A DNA stretch of 30,244 nucleotides from Candidatus Fraserbacteria bacterium (GTDB lineage Bacteria; Bipolaricaulota; Bipolaricaulia; RBG-16-55-9; DRXL01): NCBI GenBank assembly GCA_947085185.1, contig CAMTVK010000004.1:1-30244 (forward strand), read 5' to 3'. Below the pieces are notes generated by a model that was not told where the DNA came from, made no database searches, and saw nothing but the letters and a program-made list of their open reading frames with translations. Below, piece by piece: positions 1 through 7,388 of this stretch (its first letter is position 1; the number at the start of each line of letters is the position of its first letter). A program made the position numbers and the translations under genes.

Positions 1-227
1 CCCTCAGCCCTCAGTGCTGCCCGCAAGCCGCCTGCCCATATGATGAGCACGCGCATCAATATCCAAATAAAGACAACAAACACAGCAGCCCAGACCATGG
101 TTAGCATACCGAGTCGCCCAGCGCTCATCTCCAGTCCAGCAAAAGTGACGACCAAGAGTAGAGTCATAAGCGTCAGCGCTACTCCAAAGGCAGCGAAAAA
201 TCCCCATGCTGTCACTGGTGTAAACAT
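1..227 (-). CDS. Partial membrane protein running off the left edge (MFTPVTAWGFFAAFGVALTLMTLLLVVTFAG...)
   Basis: Hand translation: ATG at 227 preceded by GAGGTG, no stop to position 1, two long hydrophobic stretches. Absent from the ORF track because it is open-ended. Confidence 0.65.
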   Translation of the reverse strand, partial: MFTPVTAWGFFAAFGVALTLMTLLLVVTFAGLEMSAGRLGMLTMVWAAVFVVFIWILMRVLIIWAGGLRAALRAE

Positions 228-263
228 AAACTTCACCTCGTTCCTCAGCGTTTAACTTGGCTG

Positions 264-515
264 TCACGGGGTGAAAGCAGCCACACAGCCCATGATTGCT
301 CCTGCTCCTGTTGGTAGTTGGGTATCGAGTTCTTTGGATACCCTGGTCTCATCAGTTACAGGGAGAGAGCCTGCTATATCAAAACTTGACTGTTTGCCGC
401 AACGAGGACAAAGGCCGCTTGGCCGGTGCGAGTCCGGCAAGCCTTCATTTTCGGGCGGCAATACTTCGTCTCGTCGTCCTTTGCGCTTTGGTTCGCTTTT
501 TTCGAACATAAACAT
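264..515 (-). CDS. 83-aa cassette ORF with a single CxxC (LCPRCGKQSSF); possibly a truncated or fused gene
   Basis: ATG 515 follows the core site at 585-591, with AAGGG upstream. Only one zinc-ribbon knuckle is present. Confidence 0.45.
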   Translation of the reverse strand: MFMFEKSEPKRKGRRDEVLPPENEGLPDSHRPSGLCPRCGKQSSFDIAGSLPVTDETRVSKELDTQLPTGAGAIMGCVAAFTP

Positions 516-584
516 GCTGTTACCCTTTGGTTCGGTGTATGTGCCTTTGATAGCTTTATGCACAACTGTCGGCATAGAGGAAGC

Positions 585-650
585 ACCCAACGGCCCGCGC
601 TTCAGCCGCCGCGAGCGAGCGTAGCGGTCGGCTGCAAGCGCTTGTTAGCC
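585..650 (-). other. attC: attC site (66 bp)
   Basis: Minus strand: GGCTAAC-AAGCG-CTTGCAGC...GCTGAAG-CGCGGGCC-GTTGGGT. L'' equals the reverse complement of L' plus one extra base. Confidence 0.93.
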
Positions 651-719
651 AGCCATTCCCCGTTACGGGACACACCGTTTTCTGGACTATCTCGCACTTC
701 AACCCTTCGGTGCGTTCGA

Positions 720-1280
720 TTACCAGAACTTCGGCTTAATAACCATCAAGCCCAGCGAAATGAGCGGTAAAACCGTAGCCACGATTCCCCAAAAATACCA
801 CCTGTGAAGCACCTGAAAATATTCCTTGGGAAGAGTCTCTCCTGCTTGAGCATTCGCAGACAGCCGAATGAGTCTATTTTGGTCTGGAATTAAAAACCCA
901 GCCCACACAACACCTGACAAGGTGAACAGCACCAGAGCAACAGTAATCCAACTCACACCAAGTATTCCGCCCCACGTTGTGGCAAGAATCAGTCCATTCG
1001 CCAGCAACAGTAATACCCCTGGCGCGGTGAACAGCACATCCGCCCAGTTCACTACCTTTGAAGCAAATCGCAGTATTGCTACTTCTTGTGCGCGTTCTGC
1101 TAGAAACATCCATACGCCCGTTACGATGATGTTTCCCAGAAAGATCACCGCTCCGAAAATGTGCAGCACCTTGTGCACGGCGTAAGGGAAAAGGGGCGCG
1201 TAATTGGTAATTCCCAACAAGGTAAGGACGAATACAGTGATCGCAATTTCGCCGATCAACCACTTGGTGCTTGTATGCAT
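720..1280 (-). CDS. DUF2269-like integral membrane protein, 186 aa (cassette)
   Basis: ATG 1280 with AAGGAG. Motifs HKVLHIFGAVIFLGN, DVLFTAPG, LIPDQ, WYFWG and terminal LMVIKP; about five hydrophobic segments. Confidence 0.8.
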   Translation of the reverse strand: MHTSTKWLIGEIAITVFVLTLLGITNYAPLFPYAVHKVLHIFGAVIFLGNIIVTGVWMFLAERAQEVAILRFASKVVNWADVLFTAPGVLLLLANGLILATTWGGILGVSWITVALVLFTLSGVVWAGFLIPDQNRLIRLSANAQAGETLPKEYFQVLHRWYFWGIVATVLPLISLGLMVIKPKFW

Positions 1281-1349
1281 ATCAACTCCTTTACAATGCT
1301 CGTTTTCTCGCGCAGCATGAGTGCAAGACTGCTCTGTATGGGCTGGCCT

Positions 1350-1409
1350 GGCTAACACTCGGCATCAGCGGCGGCGCGCAGCGCCGTCCGCTGTATGCTG
1401 TTGTTAGAC
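1350..1409 (-). other. attC: attC site (60 bp)
   Basis: Minus strand: GTCTAAC-AACAG-CATACAGC...GCTGATG-CCGAGT-GTTAGCC. Confidence 0.93.
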
Positions 1410-1412
1410 GTC

Positions 1413-1913
1413 TTACTTCAGCCGCTTGTCAAGAACATCCCATTTGTCCCTGTGCTCCCTCAACATCTCTGGGCGAATCGCCATGTGGAAGGAATCGTGC
1501 TTTCTCGGTCGAACACCGCCGTGGCTCTCAAGATACCGGCGATAGCCGGCTATGGCGATCTTCTGGAGGTCACTCCAGGTCAGGATGTAGAACTCGTCGG
1601 CTCCTTGTTCGCGCAGTCGCACAAGCACGCAGACCAGATCAGGATACGGGGCCTCGGTCGGCCGAACGATGACCTGTTTCTTGCCCGCGAGCCGGATTTC
1701 CATGAAGGCACGGGAATCAAACTGCCATGCCCCTCCCTTTATGGCCTTTACCTGAATCGCCTGGTGCCTACCGCTCCCATTTGAGGCAATAATGTCGTAG
1801 TGCGGCACGTTTCCTGTGAATGTGGTGGCAATGAACCCGCGCCTACAGACCTCAGCTGCTACAAGATACTCGCCGACCTGCTTAGTGAGCTGATTGTCAC
1901 GGCCTGTCGCCAT
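1413..1913 (-). CDS. Small PD-(D/E)xK-superfamily nuclease, 166 aa (cassette)
   Basis: GEYLVAAE...PHYDIIA...IQVK pattern of restriction/Hjc-like nucleases; fills the cassette between two attC sites. Confidence 0.78.
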   Translation of the reverse strand: MATGRDNQLTKQVGEYLVAAEVCRRGFIATTFTGNVPHYDIIASNGSGRHQAIQVKAIKGGAWQFDSRAFMEIRLAGKKQVIVRPTEAPYPDLVCVLVRLREQGADEFYILTWSDLQKIAIAGYRRYLESHGGVRPRKHDSFHMAIRPEMLREHRDKWDVLDKRLK

Positions 1914-1927
1914 GCTTCACCCTACAC

Positions 1928-1989
1928 GTCTAACGGCCCGCGCTTCACCTGCGCCGCGCAGCGGCGTCAGGTGCAAGCGCGTGTTGGGC
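1928..1989 (-). other. attC: attC site (62 bp)
   Basis: Minus strand: GCCCAAC-ACGCG-CTTGCACC...GGTGAAG-CGCGGGCC-GTTAGAC. Confidence 0.93.
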
Positions 1990-2019
1990 GCAACGTGCTT
2001 TAAACAGAAGAGGCACACC

Positions 2020-2241
2020 TTACAGTAGTTCCCACAACTCGTCACGTGTCATCTCACAATCGTGTAGAATCTTGGACATCAAACCTGGTCCAATTGTTTC
2101 TCCGCGATGCACTGGTACAACTGTACACCGTCCATCGGAATGACGCAGAAAGTGATGACTTCCTTTTACGCGTATCACTTCAAAGCCAGCCCTACGCAAC
2201 GCCGCAACAAGTTCTTGACCTTTGACGCGCGGCACTTTCAT
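2020..2241 (-). CDS. hicA: HicA/YcfA-family toxin (mRNA interferase), 73 aa
   Basis: GFEVIRVKGSHH...VVPVH...IGPGLMSKIL motif; ATGA overlap with the upstream hicB. Confidence 0.9.
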   Translation of the reverse strand: MKVPRVKGQELVAALRRAGFEVIRVKGSHHFLRHSDGRCTVVPVHRGETIGPGLMSKILHDCEMTRDELWELL

Positions 2242-2453
2242 GCTTCAACCCAGATGCGCTGAACCCCTATGAATTCCTGAGGCGAGACTTCCTTACCTTC
2301 GACTTCTAGGCACAACTCGATTGCCTCGCGAACTCGCTTCATCAGGGTATCCAGAGATTTGGCTTGAGTGTGGCAACCGCGCAATTCAGGAACGCTGGCT
2401 ACATAGTAACCTTCTGAGTCGCGTTCAATGATAACGCTAAATGCTCTTGGCAT
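2238..2453 (-). CDS. hicB: Short HicB-family antitoxin with no C-terminal DNA-binding domain, 71 aa
   Basis: YVASVPELRGCHTQAKSLDTLMKRVREAIEL motif. Confidence 0.9.
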   Translation of the reverse strand: MPRAFSVIIERDSEGYYVASVPELRGCHTQAKSLDTLMKRVREAIELCLEVEGKEVSPQEFIGVQRIWVEA

Positions 2454-2501
2454 TGGTCTTCACCCCATTCTGTTGTTTTGCATCTTGCTTCGAAGGCTTG
2501 C

Positions 2502-2523
2502 GCCTAACGGCTCGCGCTTCACC
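2502..2523 (-). other. Half attC (L' and R' only)
   Basis: Minus strand: GGTGAAG-CGCGAGCC-GTTAGGC, joined directly to the promoter module; no R''/L'' arm. Confidence 0.8.
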
Positions 2524-2601
2524 CTTTCTCTTCCGGCAACGCACGCACAATCCCGCCGCCATCACCTTTATACCACAACGGCAGGCAAATCACAACTGCC
2601 C
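2520..2601 (-). promoter_or_regulatory. Repeated cassette promoter module, copy A
   Basis: TTGTGA (2595-2590), 17 bp, TGg-TATAAA (2572-2567). Near-identical to 3688-3773. Confidence 0.7.
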
Positions 2602-2682
2602 ACACGCCCGCCGGGCTACACCCCTTCTCGGGCCACCGACTCGGCAGGCACCACCCCGAATTCCCTTTTTCACTCCATCTGC

Positions 2683-2804
2683 GCCCAATGGTAGCGTCAG
2701 CGGCGCGGCGTGACTGTCCGACAAGCCGGCAGGCGAAGCAACTTTGCCTTTCGCGGCCACGGTTGGGCGCGGCCCAGCCGCGTCCGCTGAACGCGGGGTT
2801 GGGC
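2683..2804 (-). other. attC: Long, degenerate attC (122 bp)
   Basis: Minus strand: GCCCAAC-CCCG-CGTTCAGC-GGACGCGGC...GCCGCGCC-GCTGACG-CTACC-ATTGGGC. The core GTT reads ATT and the R''-L'' spacer is only 4 bp. Confidence 0.75.
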
Positions 2805-2815
2805 AGCTCTTCACT

Positions 2816-3571
2816 TCACTTTATCATGGGCCGTAAGATGGCCACATACCACATCGCTCGCTCTAAGGGTGCTGATTCGACATACTGCCCGCTTTCATAG
2901 TCCATCATCCCACCCGCTTTCACGCTCACCAGCTTCAGACCCGTGCCTTCCAGAAGTAACCGCAAATCGGCGGGAGAATAGCAGCGCAAAGATTGTTCAA
3001 TGCTCTCCCCAGTCTCTTCCACCCACCAGCGGTCAATCCACCGGCACCCTTCACCATCAAAGTCGTATACTCGCTGCGCTTTTCCCACACGTCCACCATG
3101 CCCGATGGATTTCGCCGCATGCCAAGGCGTATACACATCAATCAACGCTATGCCTTTGGGACGCAACCAAGTGCAAATGCGCTTCAGCAAAACCCGCTGT
3201 TCTTCGTCTGTCCCGATGCCAAACCCATCCCAATAACACACGGCATCAAAAGAGGCTGCAGGCAATTCCACCCGATAGAAATCGTCTTCCACAACTTCTA
3301 CTTGCGCTTTAGGATGCTGCCGGCGCAACTTGTGAATGTGCTGCACCAAAGCGGGTACCTGTTCAACTGCCACAACTTCATACCTTTGTTCCGCCAGCGC
3401 AATGGCATCCTGCCCCCCGCCCGCGCCTAACTCCAGAATGCGTTGTGGCGGCGGCCCAAGAACGGTTTGCACCCATTTCGCTTTGCGGCGATGCCACTCT
3501 TCCACACCGCCCCAATAAGCGCCACTCCATTCGGCCTGCTTGGTATAAAAATCGCGCGTCCACGATAACAT
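2816..3571 (-). CDS. Class I SAM-dependent methyltransferase, 251 aa (cassette)
   Basis: ILELGAGGG motif I, DDF, FDAV and LRPKG motifs; ATG 3571 lies just downstream of the attC core site. Confidence 0.88.
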   Translation of the reverse strand: MLSWTRDFYTKQAEWSGAYWGGVEEWHRRKAKWVQTVLGPPPQRILELGAGGGQDAIALAEQRYEVVAVEQVPALVQHIHKLRRQHPKAQVEVVEDDFYRVELPAASFDAVCYWDGFGIGTDEEQRVLLKRICTWLRPKGIALIDVYTPWHAAKSIGHGGRVGKAQRVYDFDGEGCRWIDRWWVEETGESIEQSLRCYSPADLRLLLEGTGLKLVSVKAGGMMDYESGQYVESAPLERAMWYVAILRPMIK

Positions 3572-3582
3572 GACAGTGTGGT

Positions 3583-3649
3583 GCCCAAGGGCTCGCGCTT
3601 CAGCCGCCGCGAGCAAGCGCAGCGGTCGGCCTGTAAACGCGGGTTGGGC
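3583..3649 (-). other. attC: Degenerate attC (67 bp), close relative of attC 585-650
   Basis: Minus strand: GCCCAAC-CCGCG-TTTACAGG-CCGACCGCTGCGCTTGCTCGCGGCG-GCTGAAG-CGCGAGCC-CTTGGGC. The core GTT reads CTT. Confidence 0.82.
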
Positions 3650-3687
3650 GCAGCCCACTTGCTGGAGCAAGTCCCCATCACCACAAA

Positions 3688-3773
3688 CACCCTTTCTCTT
3701 CCGGCAATGCACGCACAATCCCGCAACGCACCATCCCCTTTATACCACAACGGCAGGCCGGTGACAACTGCCC
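3688..3773 (-). promoter_or_regulatory. Repeated cassette promoter module, copy B (Pc-like position at the head of the array)
   Basis: TTGTCA (3767-3762), 17 bp, TGg-TATAAA (3744-3739). Confidence 0.72.
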
Positions 3774-3878
3774 TTCCAGCTCCGTGCCCTGCCGTCCCCT
3801 TCAGTATCAATGTACTCCACCGTGAGCCGCCCGTCGCCTAAGACCGTTGCTTTCATTGACCGATTTTGAAGCCAAACA

Positions 3879-3909
3879 GCGGCATCTCGCCGCCACGCAC
3901 GGATGCCGC
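3879..3909 (-). terminator. Possible hairpin/terminator downstream of proC
   Basis: 8-bp inverted repeat GCGGCATC...GATGCCGC followed by TGTTT on the minus strand; long loop and weak U tract. Confidence 0.3.
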
Positions 3910-3944
3910 CCATACTCACTCGGCTGTGTTGCGTCATCAGAGAC

Positions 3945-4760
3945 TCACTGCGACAGCTCTTTGGATTTCTCCGTGGCGCGATCTACCGTTTTGATGAGCG
4001 TGACGCGAATCCCCCCGTCCTCTAACGCCATGATCCCGTCTATCGTCACCCCCGCAGGAGTCGTCACCTCGTCCTTGAGCTTGGCCGGATGCTCCCCCGT
4101 CTCTAAGACCATCTTCGCCGCCCCTAAGAGCGATTGCGCCGCAAGCATCGTCGAGAGCGAGCGGGGCAAGCCGACTTTCACCCCGCCCTCGGCCAACGCT
4201 TCAATCATAATGTACGCATACGCCGGGCCGCTTCCCGACAGCGCCGTCACCGCGTCCATCAAGTCCTCGTTGTCAATGACCGCAACAAGCCCCACCGCCC
4301 CGAAGATCTCCCGCGCCACTTCTATGTGCTCTTTGGCCGCATAGCGCCCTGGACAGAGCACGGTCATCCCCGCGTTCACCAGACATGGGGTGTTGGGCAT
4401 GGCCCGCACCACGGGGATGTTTTTCTGCAGATGCTCTTCGATGAAGCGCGTGGTGCGCGCCGCCGCGAGCGTGATGAGAAGTTGATCGGCACGCACAGCG
4501 TCTCTGATCTCAAGCAAGACTTTCTTCATAGTTTGGGGCTTGACCGCAAGAACGATGATCTGAGCATCAGCAACAGCCCGAACGTTGTCGGTGAGAGCCT
4601 GCACACCATAGCGTTTGGCCGCCTCGAGAGCGCTCTCACGATGGCCGGTCGTGCCGATGAGACTCTTGCGAGGGACGATCTTGTTGCGCACGAGGCTGCT
4701 GGCCAGCGCCCCACCGATCTTGCCCATCCCGATGATTGCTACTTTCTTGCCCTTCAGCAT
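3945..4760 (-). CDS. proC: Pyrroline-5-carboxylate reductase
   Basis: IIGMGKIG Rossmann motif, LAVKPQ, RAMPNTP, TALSGSGPAY, VTTPAGVT. Start moved to ATG 4760, downstream of the predicted promoter. Confidence 0.95.
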   Translation of the reverse strand: MLKGKKVAIIGMGKIGGALASSLVRNKIVPRKSLIGTTGHRESALEAAKRYGVQALTDNVRAVADAQIIVLAVKPQTMKKVLLEIRDAVRADQLLITLAAARTTRFIEEHLQKNIPVVRAMPNTPCLVNAGMTVLCPGRYAAKEHIEVAREIFGAVGLVAVIDNEDLMDAVTALSGSGPAYAYIMIEALAEGGVKVGLPRSLSTMLAAQSLLGAAKMVLETGEHPAKLKDEVTTPAGVTIDGIMALEDGGIRVTLIKTVDRATEKSKELSQ

Positions 4761-4770
4761 AGTGATGGAG

Positions 4771-4841
4771 AGCATAGCCGAAAGCTGGTGCTCAGTCAAG
4801 GGCTCGCGACATTTGACTTTCTTCTCGTCAACGCGTAAAAT
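4771..4841. promoter_or_regulatory. Back-to-back sigma70-type promoters (proC and the GT2-rpiB-glyA operon)
   Basis: Minus strand: TTGACT (4799-4794), 17 bp, TATGCT (4776-4771). Plus strand: TTGACT (4813-4818), 17 bp, TAAAAT (4836-4841). Confidence 0.75.
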
Positions 4842-4851
4842 CTTAATGGCC

Positions 4852-5514
4852 ATGAGCGGATCTCACAGTGTGGTGCGGGTGTCAGCGATCGTTCCCGCAT
4901 ACAACGAAGCCGAACGGATCGGTGCGGTGCTGTGGCCGCTCTTGCAAGCCCCCTCCGTCGGTGAGATCATCGTGGTGGATGACGGCTCGACTGATGGGAC
5001 GGCTCATAGAGCGCAGTCATTCGGCGTGCGGGTGATCTCCCTGCCCATCAATTGTGGGAAATCGGTGGCGCTCGACCGCGGCGTGCAGGCGGCCCTCTAT
5101 GAGACACTGCTCTTCTTAGATGCAGACTTAGTGGGCCTACGCCCAGACCATATCGAGCGCATGATCCGCACCTACATCGAAGACGGCCGAGATATGGTCG
5201 TGGGGGTCTTTCGCAAGGGTCGGCTCAATACGGATCTTGCACAAGCGATAGCCCCGTATCTCTCAGGGCAGCGGGTCTTGAGCAAATCCCTCTGGAGAAA
5301 GTTGCGCCGGAAGATTCATACGCTCGACTTCGGCGTGGAGATCGCCCTGACAAAGCTCGCCCTCAAAGAGAACTGGACGCAAGGGTTTGTCGAATTGGAC
5401 GGCGTGACCCACGTGATGAAAGAAGAGAAATTTGGGCTTTCTCGGGGACTGGTCTCGCGCTTCAAGATGTACGGGGATATCGTACGTTCGGTCTTCACGC
5501 GCGTGACGGAATGA
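4852..5514 (+). CDS. Glycosyltransferase family 2
   Basis: IVPAYNE, VDDGSTD, FLDAD, SGQR motifs; start at ATG 4846 or 4852. Confidence 0.9.
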   Translation: MSGSHSVVRVSAIVPAYNEAERIGAVLWPLLQAPSVGEIIVVDDGSTDGTAHRAQSFGVRVISLPINCGKSVALDRGVQAALYETLLFLDADLVGLRPDHIERMIRTYIEDGRDMVVGVFRKGRLNTDLAQAIAPYLSGQRVLSKSLWRKLRRKIHTLDFGVEIALTKLALKENWTQGFVELDGVTHVMKEEKFGLSRGLVSRFKMYGDIVRSVFTRVTE

Positions 5515-5954
5515 AGATTGCTATCGGGTGTGACCACAACGGCTTATCTCTCAAAGAAGCCCTGCTGAAAGACGTGCTGCACGGGCACACGGTGCGCGAC
5601 TTTGGTGTCTTCAGCACGGATTCTGTGGACTATCCCGACATCGCGTTCGCGGTCGCGCGCGCGGTGGCTTCGGGAGAATATGAGCGAGGTATCTTAATCT
5701 GTGGGACAGGGATTGGCATGGCCATCGCAGCCAACAAAGTGCAAGGCATCCGTGCGGCCGCGTGCAGCGACGTCTACTCGGCGAAGATGAGCCGCCGCGA
5801 TAATGACGCCAATATTCTGTGCTTTGGCGGCCGCGTGATCGGGCTGGGATTGGCCTCAGAGATCGTCACGGCGTGGCTCAACGAGCCGTTCGCTGGGGGA
5901 CGCCATCAGCGCCGCATTGCCAAGATCCATGCCCAAGAACGTGAGATATCATGA
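5511..5954 (+). CDS. rpiB: Ribose-5-phosphate isomerase B
   Basis: [34 protein letters not shown]. Confidence 0.96.
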   Translation: MKIAIGCDHNGLSLKEALLKDVLHGHTVRDFGVFSTDSVDYPDIAFAVARAVASGEYERGILICGTGIGMAIAANKVQGIRAAACSDVYSAKMSRRDNDANILCFGGRVIGLGLASEIVTAWLNEPFAGGRHQRRIAKIHAQEREIS

Positions 5955-7207
5955 ACGACAGCGAACTGGCCCGCACAGACCCGGAAGTCTATCGCGCGAT
6001 TCAAGGGGAGCTGGAGCGTCAGCGCTTCTCGATAGAGCTGATCGCTTCAGAAAATTTCTGTTCGCGCGCCGTGCTTGAGGCCCAAGGCTCCGTGTTGACG
6101 AATAAATACGCGGAAGGCTACCCGAGAAGACGCTACTACGGCGGCTGCCGCTGGATGGACGTCGTCGAAGACTTAGCGCGAGAACGTCTGAAAAAGCTCT
6201 TTGGCGCGGAGCACGCCAACGTCCAGCCCCACTCTGGCACCCAAGCGAACATGGCCGTCTACTTTGCCGTGCTCCAGCCGGGAGATACGATCTTAAGCAT
6301 GTCGTTAGCTCATGGGGGCCATCTCTCCCACGGCCATCCGGCGAGCGTCTCCGGGAAGCTCTATAGAGTCGTCTCGTATGGGGTCTCGCGCGAGACGGAA
6401 CAAATAGACTATTCAGAAGTGCGTCGGCTGGCTCACGAGCACAAGCCCAAACTGATCGTCTGTGGGGCGAGCGCCTACCCCAGAATTATTGATTTCAAGA
6501 GATTTCGTGAGATCGCCGACGAGGTCGGGGCATATCTGATGGCGGACGTCGCGCATATAGCGGGGCTGATTGCCGCTGGGGTACATCCGTCACCTCTTCC
6601 GTGGGCAGACTTCGTGACGACGACGACACACAAGACCTTGCGGGGGCCGCGCGGCGGCGCCATACTCTGCCGCAGAGAGTTTGCCCAGGTCATTGACAAA
6701 TCGGTCTTTCCGGGCAGCCAAGGCGGACCGCTCATGCACGTGATCGCGGCGAAGGCGGTGGCCTTCGGCGAGGCGCTGCGCCCAGAGTTCAGCGCGTATC
6801 AACGACAGATCGTCGAGAACGCTCGGGCGCTCGCACACGCCCTAGCTCGTGCAGGCTTCCGCATCGTCTCCGGAGGCACAGACACCCATCTGCTCTTGGT
6901 GGACGTGCGCACCCACGGGGTGACAGGGGCCGAAGCCGAACAGCTCCTCGAAGAGATCGGGGTGACGGTCAATAAGAACGCCATCCCCTTCGATCCGCAA
7001 AAGCCCACGGTCACCAGCGGGATTCGTCTTGGCACCCCAGCGGTGACCACGCGGGGGATGGGGCCGCCAGAGATGGAAGAGATCGCTCACGTTATCGCCC
7101 AGGTGCTACGGGAGCGCTCTGCAGAGGCGCTCGATGCCGCGCGCGCCCAGGTGCGCCAGCTCTGTGAGCGCTTCCCACTCTATGAACCCCTGGGGCTTGT
7201 CAAATAG
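5951..7207 (+). CDS. glyA: Serine hydroxymethyltransferase
   Basis: [35 protein letters not shown] (PLP lysine). Confidence 0.98.
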   Translation: MNDSELARTDPEVYRAIQGELERQRFSIELIASENFCSRAVLEAQGSVLTNKYAEGYPRRRYYGGCRWMDVVEDLARERLKKLFGAEHANVQPHSGTQANMAVYFAVLQPGDTILSMSLAHGGHLSHGHPASVSGKLYRVVSYGVSRETEQIDYSEVRRLAHEHKPKLIVCGASAYPRIIDFKRFREIADEVGAYLMADVAHIAGLIAAGVHPSPLPWADFVTTTTHKTLRGPRGGAILCRREFAQVIDKSVFPGSQGGPLMHVIAAKAVAFGEALRPEFSAYQRQIVENARALAHALARAGFRIVSGGTDTHLLLVDVRTHGVTGAEAEQLLEEIGVTVNKNAIPFDPQKPTVTSGIRLGTPAVTTRGMGPPEMEEIAHVIAQVLRERSAEALDAARAQVRQLCERFPLYEPLGLVK

Positions 7208-7225
7208 CTTGACACGTGCTATAAT
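7197..7225 (+). promoter_or_regulatory. Near-consensus promoter of the rho operon
   Basis: TTGTCA (7197-7202), 17 bp, TGc-TATAAT (7220-7225). Confidence 0.8.
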
Positions 7226-7388
7226 AAGAATTACCAAATCTCGATGCGCTACGCTCTCTTCGCTCTGTGACAGCTTCTGTTAGAGTACGGCTTGTCAGAG
7301 GGCTACAGATGAGTGTAACGCGCGAAGCGAATCTCAATGAGAGGAATTTTCACGCAGTTTCCCCATCTAGGAGGTGCCCGCCAACGCT

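Larger units (their letters stand above)
1..3773 (-). mobile_element. Integron gene-cassette array with no adjacent integrase (CALIN-like); continues off the left edge
   Basis: Regularly spaced attC sites (585-650, 1350-1409, 1928-1989, 2683-2804, 3583-3649, half site 2502-2523), with all genes on the minus strand. Each cassette's 5' core site is the reverse complement of its own 3' inverse core site. No tyrosine-recombinase ORF lies between the array and proC. Confidence 0.92.

Noticed and set aside
2428..2900. Short ORFs spanning the promoter cassette and the long attC
   Set aside because: They cross recombination sites, lack an SD and show no recognisable motifs.
1413..3571. Methyltransferase plus nuclease as a restriction-modification system
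   Set aside because: They lie in separate cassettes, and the methyltransferase has no DNA-methyltransferase catalytic motif.
585..3649. Repeated GC-rich palindromes as a CRISPR array or REP elements
   Set aside because: The units differ in sequence and length, are separated by whole genes, and have attC box architecture; no cas genes are present.
3572..3718. 49-aa N-terminal extension of the methyltransferase ORF
   Set aside because: It reads through the attC and promoter module from a non-ATG start; ATG 3571 after the core site fits a cassette gene better.
3740..3937. 65-aa ORF as an intI remnant
   Set aside because: No tyrosine-recombinase motifs are visible.
7209..7225. TTGACA...TATAAT as the rho promoter
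   Set aside because: The spacer is only 5 bp; TTGTCA at 7197 gives the correct 17 bp.
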